Source: Leptonemataceae bacterium
GTDB taxonomy: Bacteria > Spirochaetota > Leptospiria > Leptospirales > Leptonemataceae
Direction of reading: 5' to 3'
Assembly (NCBI GenBank): GCA_965227295.1
Contig: OZ245742.1
Coordinates: forward strand, 5,696,001-5,760,000
Length of the DNA: 64,000 nucleotides
Part shown: in pieces, positions 19,861 through 29,488 of the stretch
How the letters are laid out: every line of letters starts with the position of its first letter
Numbering within the stretch: position 1 is the first letter of the stretch
The notes under the pieces: generated by a model
The model's database searches: none
The model's input: the letters and a program-made list of their open reading frames with translations, nothing else
What the model was told of the DNA's origin: nothing
Position numbers and translations under genes: made by a program

Positions 19861-20585
19861 CAGCTGACCTCCAGGGAGCTTTTGTTGATCTTGACCTTCG
19901 CGGAGCCGAGATCCACCGAGGAGCCGCCGTTCTTAAGATTGATTCCGGAACTCTTAACGTTCATCTTCGCACCGCCGTTCTTCACTTCCACATTCGAAGG
20001 CGAAATCAACGCTTCGGCGGCTTTGGACTTCATCTTCACGCTGGCGGGACTTACATCCACGGTGGACTGAGCATTCAGCTTCACCGCGGTCGCCTTCACG
20101 GAAGCACTGGAGCTGTTATAGGAAAGCTTCGCGTCGGAAGCGCTGAGATTCATCTTCGCGGCCTTGTTTTTTACCTCGACCCCCTTTGCATCGAAGGTCA
20201 TACCGAGGGTCGGCGCCGGTCCGACCTGGAGTTTTGCGCTCCTTTTGAGGTCGTTCAGTTCGAAGGTGTTCAGTTTCGTCTGAATGACGAACTGCGAAGA
20301 AGACTTCACCTTTATGGGAAACTCGGCGAGTCCCCAGAAGCAGCCGGTCCAGATGGGTTTATTGATGTCCCCTTCCTCGAATTCGATCCAGACCTTCGCA
20401 CCCCGCGGCGGACGCATGACGAAACCCACCTGCGGCCCGGCGTAAGGAACGCAGGGCATGGCCCAGACGCTCGTGGCCAGCCCGTAAACCTTCGGGCATT
20501 TAATCTTAATGCGCCCGATCTGTTTTTTATCCGCCGTGGGGCTGTTTTCGACGACGATGCCTCGATATTTTCCGAAGTATTTCAT
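19860..20585 (-). CDS. spike protein (gp5/gpV OB-fold plus beta-helix)
   Basis: YFGKYRG.V, WAMPCVPYAG, P..GA.VWIEFEEGD...PIWTGCFW; repetitive beta C-terminus. Confidence 0.88.
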   Translation of the reverse strand: MKYFGKYRGIVVENSPTADKKQIGRIKIKCPKVYGLATSVWAMPCVPYAGPQVGFVMRPPRGAKVWIEFEEGDINKPIWTGCFWGLAEFPIKVKSSSQFVIQTKLNTFELNDLKRSAKLQVGPAPTLGMTFDAKGVEVKNKAAKMNLSASDAKLSYNSSSASVKATAVKLNAQSTVDVSPASVKMKSKAAEALISPSNVEVKNGGAKMNVKSSGINLKNGGSSVDLGSAKVKINKSSLEVS

Positions 20586-21784
20586 ACAGGTAACACCGGT
20601 GTAATCGATCCGATTCCTTCCCGAATCAATTGAAAAGATTGCGTATAAGTAGCGGAAGACGGCTTAATGTTATGCGTAACGCTCTTAACGTAGTAGAGGC
20701 CGTCGTAGGTAAAACCGACGCCGCGCAGCCCGACCAGCAGCCGGGGCATCAGAATATGCCCGTAGCTCGCCACGTCCAGCTCGCCGGAAGCACTGACGGC
20801 TTCCTGATTGGATTTGTTGCTTTCATCGAAGAGCCGGGTAATGATTTCTTGCGTGGCATTGTCCGTCCCGGCCTTGCGATCCTGGGCCTTCAGTGCCTTG
20901 AGCTCCTCATCCTGACTTAAATCCAGAAAGCGTTCCTTGTAGTACGGAAGATTGTTCAACCATGCCGGAATCGGAGCCAGGGGCGGCAAGTAGGCCAGCG
21001 GCGGAATGAAGTTCTTAAACGAAAAAGGCACGTTGAAGTTCTCGTCCTGGTACGTGGTCTTAAAGTGCGTCGGCGCCTTGAAGTTGTTCGAAAAGTTTAT
21101 CGATTTAACGTTCGTATTCGCGCCCATATTCACGGTCAGGGCCGGCTGGGGGATCGGAATCCGTACTTTAGGACCGAAGTAAGCGATGTTCGTGGCCGGC
21201 AAAGGCCCCGGCTGTAAATAGAACGCGTAGCCTACGCTGCTCGCCAGTTCCTGAAGAAATTTCAGGTCGGTGCCGCGTTGAAACTTAAAGTCCTTCGGAA
21301 GCGGGACTTTTTCCGGAATCGGCAGGGGTCTGATTCCGTAACGAAGATAGCGGGTCAGAACAGTTGAGGCGATGGAGAAGACCGGCTGTTGTTTGAACGG
21401 CTGCACGCGCTCGGTTTCATCCATCATCACTGTGAGGTCTTCACAATTGATCGAAACCTTCGACTGCCCCGGTTCGTTCGAAGGCGTGAGGCTCTGCGTG
21501 GTAATCACACCGTCAAAGAGAACACGTGGAAAAGCCCGCACGGTCATCATGATGATCACCCGGTTGAACGGCCGCAGGTACTGGCGGATCAAATGCGGGT
21601 AGTCCAGGAGATCCCGCGCGCCGTTCCGGCCGGTTGCAAAGCTTAACTGCGCCCCGGACGTTCCGTAGTCCTGAAGACTGACACTGATGCTCTCCAGGCT
21701 GTCCACCAGCCATACCGGCGCCGGCACGGGCACGGTCGGCCCTATCAGTAATGTTAAATTTGTTCCGAGCATAACTTCATTCAC
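20582..21784 (-). CDS. baseplate hub protein (gp27/gpD-like)
   Basis: LFDGVIT, EDLTVMMD, TDL.FL..LA...GY.FY, GELD...YG..L, GVG..YDGLYYVKSVTH. Confidence 0.78.
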   Translation of the reverse strand: MNEVMLGTNLTLLIGPTVPVPAPVWLVDSLESISVSLQDYGTSGAQLSFATGRNGARDLLDYPHLIRQYLRPFNRVIIMMTVRAFPRVLFDGVITTQSLTPSNEPGQSKVSINCEDLTVMMDETERVQPFKQQPVFSIASTVLTRYLRYGIRPLPIPEKVPLPKDFKFQRGTDLKFLQELASSVGYAFYLQPGPLPATNIAYFGPKVRIPIPQPALTVNMGANTNVKSINFSNNFKAPTHFKTTYQDENFNVPFSFKNFIPPLAYLPPLAPIPAWLNNLPYYKERFLDLSQDEELKALKAQDRKAGTDNATQEIITRLFDESNKSNQEAVSASGELDVASYGHILMPRLLVGLRGVGFTYDGLYYVKSVTHNIKPSSATYTQSFQLIREGIGSITPVLPV

Positions 21785-21826
21785 TTCAGCGACCGGACGG
21801 GGTCGCTAATATCACTTCATATATAC

Positions 21827-22135
21827 TTAACCAAAGCTCGCGTCCGGCACCGGAATGCGAATGCGCCGGCCGGGCATTTCCGTAAGCGCGAACGGATTCA
21901 TGGCGTTGTTCGCGTCCGCCACCCGCCAGAATTGCTCCGGGTTCCCGAGCGTTCTCGTAACGACCTGATCCAGACGGTCCCCCTGACCGATTTCGGATTC
22001 GGTAAGGAGCTGCATTTTCTCACCGCGCGGAAGAAAGCGGCGTTTCTTGTACGCGATCTCTCGCGTTCCGGTGACGGCGGCGGAGACCTTCACGGTCTCG
22101 ACGTTATAGTAACGGCTTTCGGTATCGAACATCAC
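21827..22135 (-). CDS. LysM/gpX-like tail protein
   Basis: GDRLD......LG.PEQFWRVADAN, PGRRIRIP. Confidence 0.82.
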   Translation of the reverse strand: MMFDTESRYYNVETVKVSAAVTGTREIAYKKRRFLPRGEKMQLLTESEIGQGDRLDQVVTRTLGNPEQFWRVADANNAMNPFALTEMPGRRIRIPVPDASFG

Positions 22136-22767
22136 AGGCCTCCCAGGCTGTTGATACTGCCGATGGCCGCCATAACCTCTTTCGTCACCTGGTGACTGAG
22201 GAAGATATGAAAGCCCGGCTGCGTAATGCTGAAGTCGTTGTAACTCAACACCTGCATGCTGAGATCAACCTTAGCGCGAATCGGATTCAGGTGCGTGTCG
22301 TGCTGTTCCTCGGTCACCGAGAAACTGGAGATGCGCACCGGCAACACCCGACGATCGCCCCAGATGAAGAGCGTCATAATGGGCTCCGGCGGAACGACTT
22401 CGATCGTACCCAGGGCCGCCAGGGCGGCGTTGGATATTACCGAAATCGCACGCGGATACATGAACATTTCCAGAGCCGCGAGTTGCGGGTGCACCCCCAG
22501 GCGCGTCGCCGTGGAGTCCGCCTCTTCCAGTTGATCGGTGGCGTCGATTTCGACGTTCACCTTGATCGTTTCTTTCGGCGCGCCGGAGATGCGATACTGC
22601 TCCGCCTTCGAAGCGCTCCCGGAACCGCCGGTGCCGGTGGTTTCGAGCGAGCGCGTCAGCGACTCCGGGTTGTACTGAAAAACAATGACGTTCGCGATCG
22701 GACTCAAAGGATCGATGCCGACGATGGCTCCCTTTGTGACTCGCGGAGATCCAGGAAAACCGGTCAT
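22132..22767 (-). CDS. CIS tube-initiator-like protein (Afp7-like)
   Basis: FQYNPESLTR, LFIWG.R..PV.I.S.SVTEE, LNPIRAKV.L. Confidence 0.8.
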   Translation of the reverse strand: MTGFPGSPRVTKGAIVGIDPLSPIANVIVFQYNPESLTRSLETTGTGGSGSASKAEQYRISGAPKETIKVNVEIDATDQLEEADSTATRLGVHPQLAALEMFMYPRAISVISNAALAALGTIEVVPPEPIMTLFIWGDRRVLPVRISSFSVTEEQHDTHLNPIRAKVDLSMQVLSYNDFSITQPGFHIFLSHQVTKEVMAAIGSINSLGGL

Positions 22768-22772
22768 AATGT

Positions 22773-23513
22773 TTACACGCCTCCTTGTTGAATTACGTGA
22801 GTCAGTTCGTGAGCCAGGAGACGTTTACCGTTCGTGGAATCGGGATCGAACTGGCCGTCGTTGAAAACGATGTCGCGTTTGGATGCGAAGGCCCGGGCGT
22901 TCAAGGAACGCGCCGTTTCCGAAGCGCGGGCCCCGGTGTGAATCCGCACATTGCTGAAGTCATAACCGAAGCGAGGCTCCATGTATGCACGCACGCCGTC
23001 CGAAAGCGGCCGGCCGCCGCCGCGCATACTGCGCAGTCCGCTTTTTACCGTAGCTTCGGCTGAGCTATTCTTGGCGGGAGCCGCGGCGGCCGCGCCCTCA
23101 CCTTTGGCGTTCAGTGAGTCGACTTCATCCTCGCGTTTGTCCTCGTCGCGAGGATCCCGGGTTTCGCGCATGAGCTTCGTGTCCGCCTCTTCCTCTTCCA
23201 TGTCGCTCTGGCGCATAAGCTTCATGCCGACTTCCTCGTCTTCTTCGGTCATGCCTTCGCGCATGATCATGCGCTGGGTTGCGTCTTTGTCCTCGGACTC
23301 GCAGGCGGCGCACTTGCGCTGGATCATGGGACGAGACTGCGATACCCTGCCCGCGTCCTGCATGGACACGACACGATCCGCCACCTGATCGGCTTCTTGC
23401 TCGAAGGCGTCTCCCGGTCGGCTGACTTTCAGTTTCGTCTGCACCCGAAAACCGGAGACAGGTGCGCTGGAAACGTTGAGTGGGTTTTGATAATCCGGAA
23501 TCGTACTTCTCAT
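22773..23513 (-). CDS. DUF4157 (eCIS core) domain protein
   Basis: QTKL.V..PGD.FEQEAD.VAD.V; MEPRFGYDFSNVRIH, LNARAF, LLAHELTHVIQQ. Confidence 0.9.
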   Translation of the reverse strand: MRSTIPDYQNPLNVSSAPVSGFRVQTKLKVSRPGDAFEQEADQVADRVVSMQDAGRVSQSRPMIQRKCAACESEDKDATQRMIMREGMTEEDEEVGMKLMRQSDMEEEEADTKLMRETRDPRDEDKREDEVDSLNAKGEGAAAAAPAKNSSAEATVKSGLRSMRGGGRPLSDGVRAYMEPRFGYDFSNVRIHTGARASETARSLNARAFASKRDIVFNDGQFDPDSTNGKRLLAHELTHVIQQGGV

Positions 23514-23788
23514 TATTTCATCCTCCCATTGCCGAAATTGCCGTAGACCGCCCGCGCCGATTGTCGGCCCAGGCCCGACGCCCCGCCCGGGGCGCTACCC
23601 CGCACCGTACCGGCGTCGATGAAGTCGCTGTTGCGTAAGTGAAATGATTGATTCAGACCGCGCGCGGCGACGAGTCGTTCGAGTTCCGCACGAAAGGCCG
23701 CCGCAAAGGCGCGACCGTCGCGCCGCGAAAAATTCGGCCCGGCCTCGATCACGAGTTCCTCGATGTTCAATTCAATCGTCTTTGCCAC
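23513..23788 (-). CDS. small eCIS-associated hypothetical protein
   Basis: IELNIEELVIE...AELERL...GLGRQ.ARAVY; TAATG coupling to the DUF4157 gene. Confidence 0.7.
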   Translation of the reverse strand: MAKTIELNIEELVIEAGPNFSRRDGRAFAAAFRAELERLVAARGLNQSFHLRNSDFIDAGTVRGSAPGGASGLGRQSARAVYGNFGNGRMK

Positions 23789-23792
23789 GGTC

Positions 23793-25799
23793 TTACTTAC
23801 CCCAATCCCTGAATTCAGTGCCGCTGATGGTTTTTTCGAGTTTCATGTACTCGCCCTTCGCGGCCTGTAAAAGATGATTCATGTTCACCGGCGCATCGTC
23901 TTCGGCGGCGAGAAAGGCCGCCGACATGGCGATGTTCTTAATATTCCCTCCCGCAACATTCAGCTGCGCCAGGCGTTTATAGTTCAATTCGCCGAGGGGC
24001 ATCGCCGCGGGGAACGCCTTGCGCCAGATCTCCTCGCGCTGCCCCGCGTCCGGAAACGGAAACTGCACCACGAAACGGATGCGTCGCAGAAAGGCCGTAT
24101 CCAGGGAATTCTTCAGGTTCGTCGTTAAAACGGCCAGGCCGCGATAGCTTTCCATGCGTTGCAGTAGATAGCTGACTTCGATGTTCGCATGGCGGTCGTG
24201 ACTGTCCTTGACCTCACTGCGTTTTCCAAACAGAGCGTCCGCTTCATCAAAGAGTAGGATTGCTCCGCCGCTTTCCGCGGCGTCGAAGACCTTGCGCAGG
24301 TTCTTCTCCGTCTCGCCGATGTATTTGCTGACAACCTGACTCAGATCAATGCGAAAGAGATCCAGATCCAGTTCCCGGGCCAGCACTTCACCGGCCATGG
24401 TCTTACCGGTCCCGCTCGGCCCGGCGAATAGAGCACTGATGCCGAGGCCGCGATTGCTGCGATTGCCGAAGCCCCATTCCTCGTAGACCCGGGCGCGATG
24501 TTTCACCTGCACGGCCACATCCCGCAACATCTGCATTTGCAGCGGCGGGAGCACCAGATCGTCCCAGCCCGAGCGCACGTCGATGGGCTGCGCAAGATCT
24601 TCCAGGGCCGGCCGGGCCAGGGCGCGACAGGAACGCCAGAGGGCGCGGCCGATGTCATTGTCTTCGGGAGCGTTGCGCATCTCCCGCACCGTGGCCGCCC
24701 CGGCTTCGCGAATGCGTTCCACACCCAGGTTAAACTGAGACGTAATCAAACTGAGCACCTGATCGGCGCCACCGTTCATCGCCTGCCATTCCGGATACGC
24801 GCTCAGTTCCCGGCGCCAGATCTCGCGCTGCTCCATCGCGCTCGGCTTGCTAACTTCGATTCGTTGCATATTACCGGCCGGAATCAACGCCGGCACGGAT
24901 AGAATGCGCGGCACGCTCAAATCTTCGAAGAAGGCCAGAACGCTTGCGGCCGGATTGCGTTCCTCGGGAACTTCCACGAAGAGCACGAAACCTCCGAGCA
25001 CAACCTCGCGTTCCCACAAACGTGCCAGGGCCTCGCGCTCATCCGCCGCGGCGGGGACGGCCGTGGCCTGCATTTCCATGAGCCGCAGACCGGCGCGCGC
25101 CGCCGCGAAAGCCGCAAGGCTACGCTTATCCGCTTCGGCGCTTCCGTAGAGCTGGACGGCAGGCAAACCGGCGAGCCCGCCGACCGGAGCGCCCCACAGC
25201 TCGTTCATGAGCCCGGCGCTACGAAGACGTTCCCCGGATAACATCTCCGGTGCGGGGACGGGACGGATCATGCCGGCCAGCAGTTCGTCGCGGCTGGCAA
25301 GACCGAGTAAGTAATGCAGGACACGCTCCGGAATGCGCAGGCGGCGATGAATGAGTACGTCACCCGGTTCGCATTCAATCAAACGCCAGCGACGCAGCGG
25401 GGCATCGGGCAGGAGCGCGCTCCAGTGAGCTTCGGCAAGGGCGTCGAGGGCGACAGCGAAGGTCAGGCGCGCATGTCCCTGGGGATGGAAAGCGGCACAC
25501 AGCTCCGCGATCCTGGCATCCAGCTCAATGCCGGCGCACAGCAAAAGCAGATCGCGCTCGAAATTCGAAAGCTGAAATTCCTGGGTTATTTTTTCCAGGG
25601 CCGGCAGCATCCCGGAATCACTGTTCGATGCAGGCGTCCTCCCCGGAAGAGGAGCCGCATCGAAGGCCAGGTTCGGCACGTCCTGTTCACGCAGGGCGTC
25701 CAGGCGCCGCGAAAGCCTTTCGCGCACTTCCTCCAGGCGACCGCGCAGGTACAGCCGGTTCTCCTGCTCCCAGTTCGTATGTGTAAGACTGTTCTGCAT
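23793..25799 (-). CDS. eCIS AAA+ ATPase (Afp15/Pvc15-like)
   Basis: Walker A GPSGTGKT, Walker B LFDEADALFGKR, SKYIGETEKNL; degenerate N-terminal AAA module. Confidence 0.9.
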   Translation of the reverse strand: MQNSLTHTNWEQENRLYLRGRLEEVRERLSRRLDALREQDVPNLAFDAAPLPGRTPASNSDSGMLPALEKITQEFQLSNFERDLLLLCAGIELDARIAELCAAFHPQGHARLTFAVALDALAEAHWSALLPDAPLRRWRLIECEPGDVLIHRRLRIPERVLHYLLGLASRDELLAGMIRPVPAPEMLSGERLRSAGLMNELWGAPVGGLAGLPAVQLYGSAEADKRSLAAFAAARAGLRLMEMQATAVPAAADEREALARLWEREVVLGGFVLFVEVPEERNPAASVLAFFEDLSVPRILSVPALIPAGNMQRIEVSKPSAMEQREIWRRELSAYPEWQAMNGGADQVLSLITSQFNLGVERIREAGAATVREMRNAPEDNDIGRALWRSCRALARPALEDLAQPIDVRSGWDDLVLPPLQMQMLRDVAVQVKHRARVYEEWGFGNRSNRGLGISALFAGPSGTGKTMAGEVLARELDLDLFRIDLSQVVSKYIGETEKNLRKVFDAAESGGAILLFDEADALFGKRSEVKDSHDRHANIEVSYLLQRMESYRGLAVLTTNLKNSLDTAFLRRIRFVVQFPFPDAGQREEIWRKAFPAAMPLGELNYKRLAQLNVAGGNIKNIAMSAAFLAAEDDAPVNMNHLLQAAKGEYMKLEKTISGTEFRDWGK

Positions 25800-25829
25800 T
25801 ATCTTCTAACTTAGCTCTGCTAACTTCTA

Positions 25830-27089
25830 TTACGGAGCATCCAGGTCCACGGTCGGCCCGTTGAAGTCTCCACCGCCGTCCTGGCTCAGCAAACTCTGTA
25901 CGCCGTCGACTTCCACGCGCATGAGGTACTCTCCGCGCAGGACGTTCGTGATGGAGAAGCCCACCGTGCTGCTCGCCGTCGTCACCGGATCGGAGGGAAT
26001 CACGTACGATTCACCGTCCGTACTGCCGGTGCCCGTTAAGAGCAGGCTCACGGCCTGGCCGGCTTCGACATCCGGGGAAAGCGTGAGCGTCAGTGTGGCC
26101 GTAACGAGATCGTCACCGTCGACACTGAGGCCGGAGGTACTCTGTCCGCTAATCGCCGGGCGCAACAAAATCGGACACGGATTCGAAGTCGCCCGGACCC
26201 GCGTGACGGCGCCGTCCAGGTACTTGTGCACGATCCGCACGGCCCGCTGGCCGGCGGAGAGCCCCGAGGGCAACGTGAACTCCACACGTCCGGCCGCGGA
26301 GGCCGAAGGCGTCGTCTCCACGCTATCCACACGCACGTGAACCGTATCGCCCGCGACGGAGGGTGTTAACTTTGTACCAATGACACTTAAGTCGTCGCCG
26401 GCCAGGATGGCCGTATTCTGGCCCCCCGGAGGATGGACCTTCTCCACCAGCGGCCCGGAGAACTGCTCCAGGGCAATGCGACGCTCGTAGACCGGCAGCG
26501 GGGGCTTCGGCACCGCCGAATCCGGCTCCAGGAAGACCGCCGAGGCCCGGTAGGCGATGGACAGGGCGTGGGGCACCTGAAAGAACACCGACCAGATCTT
26601 CGACATCTCCTCTAAGTTTAGAGTGATCGGAGTTAAGCGGATCGATTCCGGCTGTTGGGCCAGGTCCGAATTCCCCAGGTAATGCGTGGGATCGTTCGTC
26701 AGGATCTTTTGAATCACCGCTTCAATGAACTCCGCGCTCAAGAGCGGTTGCGCGTGCAACAACGTGACCACGCCGCCCATCAAACGCTGGTGTTCCAGCA
26801 ACGAATGATCGCCGTAGAACGAAAGAATGAAGTCCAGGTCCAGGACGGCCTGCGGTTTGTTGCGCAGATCGCCGTTGCCGGCCCGCGTCGGAAGATCGTT
26901 GTTGCGGAACGCCGGATTCGGAATACTCTGATACAGATACAGATTCACCCGGGCTGCCGGGGGATCCGTATCCGCGTCTTTGGGACGCAGCGACGAAACC
27001 GTGACACCGGGCACCACCGAACTCACACTGTCGGCGATGGCCTCTTTCAGGATTTCCGTAACCGCGGCGATGGAAAGATAATTGCTCAC
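25830..27089 (-). CDS. DUF4255 cap/tail-terminator protein (Afp16/Pvc16-like) with C-terminal Ig-like domains
   Basis: MSNYL.IAAVT, VNLYLYQ...N..FRN.DLP, LEEMSKIWS.F...LS.AY.AS.V. Confidence 0.85.
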   Translation of the reverse strand: MSNYLSIAAVTEILKEAIADSVSSVVPGVTVSSLRPKDADTDPPAARVNLYLYQSIPNPAFRNNDLPTRAGNGDLRNKPQAVLDLDFILSFYGDHSLLEHQRLMGGVVTLLHAQPLLSAEFIEAVIQKILTNDPTHYLGNSDLAQQPESIRLTPITLNLEEMSKIWSVFFQVPHALSIAYRASAVFLEPDSAVPKPPLPVYERRIALEQFSGPLVEKVHPPGGQNTAILAGDDLSVIGTKLTPSVAGDTVHVRVDSVETTPSASAAGRVEFTLPSGLSAGQRAVRIVHKYLDGAVTRVRATSNPCPILLRPAISGQSTSGLSVDGDDLVTATLTLTLSPDVEAGQAVSLLLTGTGSTDGESYVIPSDPVTTASSTVGFSITNVLRGEYLMRVEVDGVQSLLSQDGGGDFNGPTVDLDAP

Positions 27090-28153
27090 AGGGCCTCTCC
27101 GTTAACTCGCTTAAGATATTCTTCGAGTGACATTGGACGATGACTCGACTGTTCCGCGGCCGGCGCCGGAGCGGAATGAGCCGTCTCGGAAACCGAACGC
27201 ACTTCAATACGGCCGATGTGAATGCGCACCGCCGGCTCGTTCGACGGCGACTGATCCAGCCCGCGCACCGCGGGCGGCGCAGCGTTCGGTCGATGCAGCA
27301 GCGGCGGCGCTTCAAAGAACGCGCTCTTACCGGGACGTACGGGCGGCAACAACGGAGCGTCGTTGATCCCGGACGGGGTCCGGCCGGAAACGCCGACAGG
27401 CGAATCATCAAAAAATGTCTGCTTATGAAAGTTTTCCACTTCTCCGACTTCGGTGGAACGCGGAGCTTCGTAACGGGGTTCGACTCCCGACATCTCATCG
27501 CCCCGGGTGTTAACCGGCGGCATGAGATCACCGGCGAAAGAATCGACGATCGACGCCGATGAATCCCGGGTCTCCAGCGGAACTGCGCCCGCGCGCATCG
27601 AAGACTGCGGCCCGAGATCGGAAAAATCACGGCGCTGCGTCGGTCCGGCAGGGGAAGCCGGCAACACTCCGCTCTCGTTCGCGGCCGGAGTACCCGGAGC
27701 GGACGGAGTGCCCGGAGCGGTCGGAGCATTCGCAGCCAGGCCGGACAATGCAGCCGGCGCCGCGGACGGTGCCGCGCGACGTTGCACAGGCAGGTCCGCG
27801 TTGCCGTCACTCCGCGGCATGAGGTCACCGACTGGTGACTCTTTCCGCTCATTTTCTTCGGAAGCGGTTGCGGGTTCACCGCTCGCCCGTCGCAGAGTAC
27901 TGGCGTCGGCCTGGATCTTGCGTTGCACGGACGGCGCGGCTTCCTCGGTTTCTTCCGGTTCGGCCTCCGGGGAACGTGCGAGGCGCTGCGCTCCGTTTCC
28001 GACAATCGGTGCACCGCCCTCTTCGATGGAAGCATCCCCTCCCTCTTCCCGGGCGTAGCGCGAGACGAAAAGCGGTCGGGCCTTCGGCAGACTGCCGAGA
28101 TTTCGCTGAACCATTCGTTTAATAAAATTACTCATGATCGTACTTACGCTCAT
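27086..28153 (-). CDS. low-complexity (P/A/E/S-rich) eCIS-associated protein
   Basis: ATGA coupling at both ends; C-terminal VRIHIGRIEVR...SLEEYLKR. Confidence 0.7.
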   Translation of the reverse strand: MSVSTIMSNFIKRMVQRNLGSLPKARPLFVSRYAREEGGDASIEEGGAPIVGNGAQRLARSPEAEPEETEEAAPSVQRKIQADASTLRRASGEPATASEENERKESPVGDLMPRSDGNADLPVQRRAAPSAAPAALSGLAANAPTAPGTPSAPGTPAANESGVLPASPAGPTQRRDFSDLGPQSSMRAGAVPLETRDSSASIVDSFAGDLMPPVNTRGDEMSGVEPRYEAPRSTEVGEVENFHKQTFFDDSPVGVSGRTPSGINDAPLLPPVRPGKSAFFEAPPLLHRPNAAPPAVRGLDQSPSNEPAVRIHIGRIEVRSVSETAHSAPAPAAEQSSHRPMSLEEYLKRVNGEAL

Positions 28154-28908
28154 GCGCCCAACATCGCCATGTAGGATCGCCTGCGCCGGACGCTCATGCG
28201 CAGGATCTCCGCTTCGCTCCAGCCGTAGTACCGCGCCAGGCTGTGAACTTCGTAGAGAAGCTCTTTGGCCCGGGACGACAGTTCGGCCCAGAGAAAGTCG
28301 GCCACGTCCAGAAGTTGCTGAAACTCCCGCTCGCAGACCGGACACTGAAGATTCAAAAGAATCTCCGCCTGGGGATCGGCCTCGGCCATGGCCGCCGCCG
28401 CCAATCCCTGTTCGAAATCCGTAAGCTCATCCACACTAACTTCTTGCGAATGTGAATCAGCTTCCGTCTTCGAACGTTTCGCTTTGGTTACGCATCGGCG
28501 TAACAGCGTGCGGTACGCTTCGTTCTCGGTTCCCGTGCTCAGGGCCGCCGCCAGATCGAATGAATCCGGCAGGCGAAACTCCACGCTCAGGTTTCCCCAT
28601 TCACGCCGCAGGACCTCGTCGTTTTCACGCGTCTCTACGTTGGCCCGAACGTCCCCGGTCTCCAGTTGGAGCTCCATCGGCTCCTGGCAGCCGGGGCATT
28701 CGGCGTAAACATTTAGTTCGCGTCCGAACAAACGTTCGCGAACATCCAGGAGCAACTCGTCCCGCCGGCCGATACTCAACGCCGCGAATTCGCGGCGCGG
28801 AGTATCCGGTGCGTTCAGGCTGAGCAGAGCCAGTGCCCGATCCACGGGATGCCGACTCTGCCCGTCTTCCCAGATCCGCAGTACGGCGGCGGCGGAAAGA
28901 GAGCTCAT
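28150..28908 (-). CDS. T4 gp26-like baseplate/tail assembly protein with two CxxC motifs
   Basis: CPGC and CPVC; EVH.LA..YGWSE.EIL.M...RR. Confidence 0.75.
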   Translation of the reverse strand: MSSLSAAAVLRIWEDGQSRHPVDRALALLSLNAPDTPRREFAALSIGRRDELLLDVRERLFGRELNVYAECPGCQEPMELQLETGDVRANVETRENDEVLRREWGNLSVEFRLPDSFDLAAALSTGTENEAYRTLLRRCVTKAKRSKTEADSHSQEVSVDELTDFEQGLAAAAMAEADPQAEILLNLQCPVCEREFQQLLDVADFLWAELSSRAKELLYEVHSLARYYGWSEAEILRMSVRRRRSYMAMLGA

Positions 28909-28926
28909 ACGATCGCCTGGGCGAAA

Positions 28927-29451
28927 TTACGCCGGTGCCAGGAAGGAAGGCTCAGCGGGTTCTACGACTTCTACGTCGCGCTCCCAGCCTTCGTTCTCGA
29001 GCTTGATGCTCTGGATCGCGATGGCGTTGCCGTTCGCGTCCAGTTCCGGCAGAGCCTGGAAATCCGAAACCCAGCAACGGTAGATCTTGTACGAGATCGC
29101 GAGCTGACCGGCTTCGTTGTAAACTTCCAGGATGATGTCCTTACGGAAATCCTGAAGGGACGTCTCGGCACCGAGACCGGCGCCGTAGTTCCAGACTTTG
29201 TTCGCCCACTGCTCGAAGTCTTTATCGTGAGTGACGCCGCGTTCGAGCATGATCGCTTCGAAATCGGACTTACCCGGAGACTTGCGCGTAGAGCTGGGAT
29301 CGCCGCCTTCGCGGTGTTTTACGACTTCCGTCGTCCGCTTGAGGGCGCCGACCTTGGAAACACCGGCGACGTAGCGGCCGTCCCATTTGACCCGGAACTT
29401 GAAGTTCTTGTAAGGGTCGAATCGGTTTGCATTAACACTGAATTGTGCCAT
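28927..29451 (-). CDS. tail tube protein (T4 gp19-like, Afp1/5)
   Basis: RFDPYKNFKFRV, REGGD...RKSPG, LERGVT.D..FE.WA; GGAGG RBS. Confidence 0.93.
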   Translation of the reverse strand: MAQFSVNANRFDPYKNFKFRVKWDGRYVAGVSKVGALKRTTEVVKHREGGDPSSTRKSPGKSDFEAIMLERGVTHDKDFEQWANKVWNYGAGLGAETSLQDFRKDIILEVYNEAGQLAISYKIYRCWVSDFQALPELDANGNAIAIQSIKLENEGWERDVEVVEPAEPSFLAPA

Positions 29452-29488
29452 CTAAGTTATCCTCCAATAAACCTTACGAAGCCGGCGA

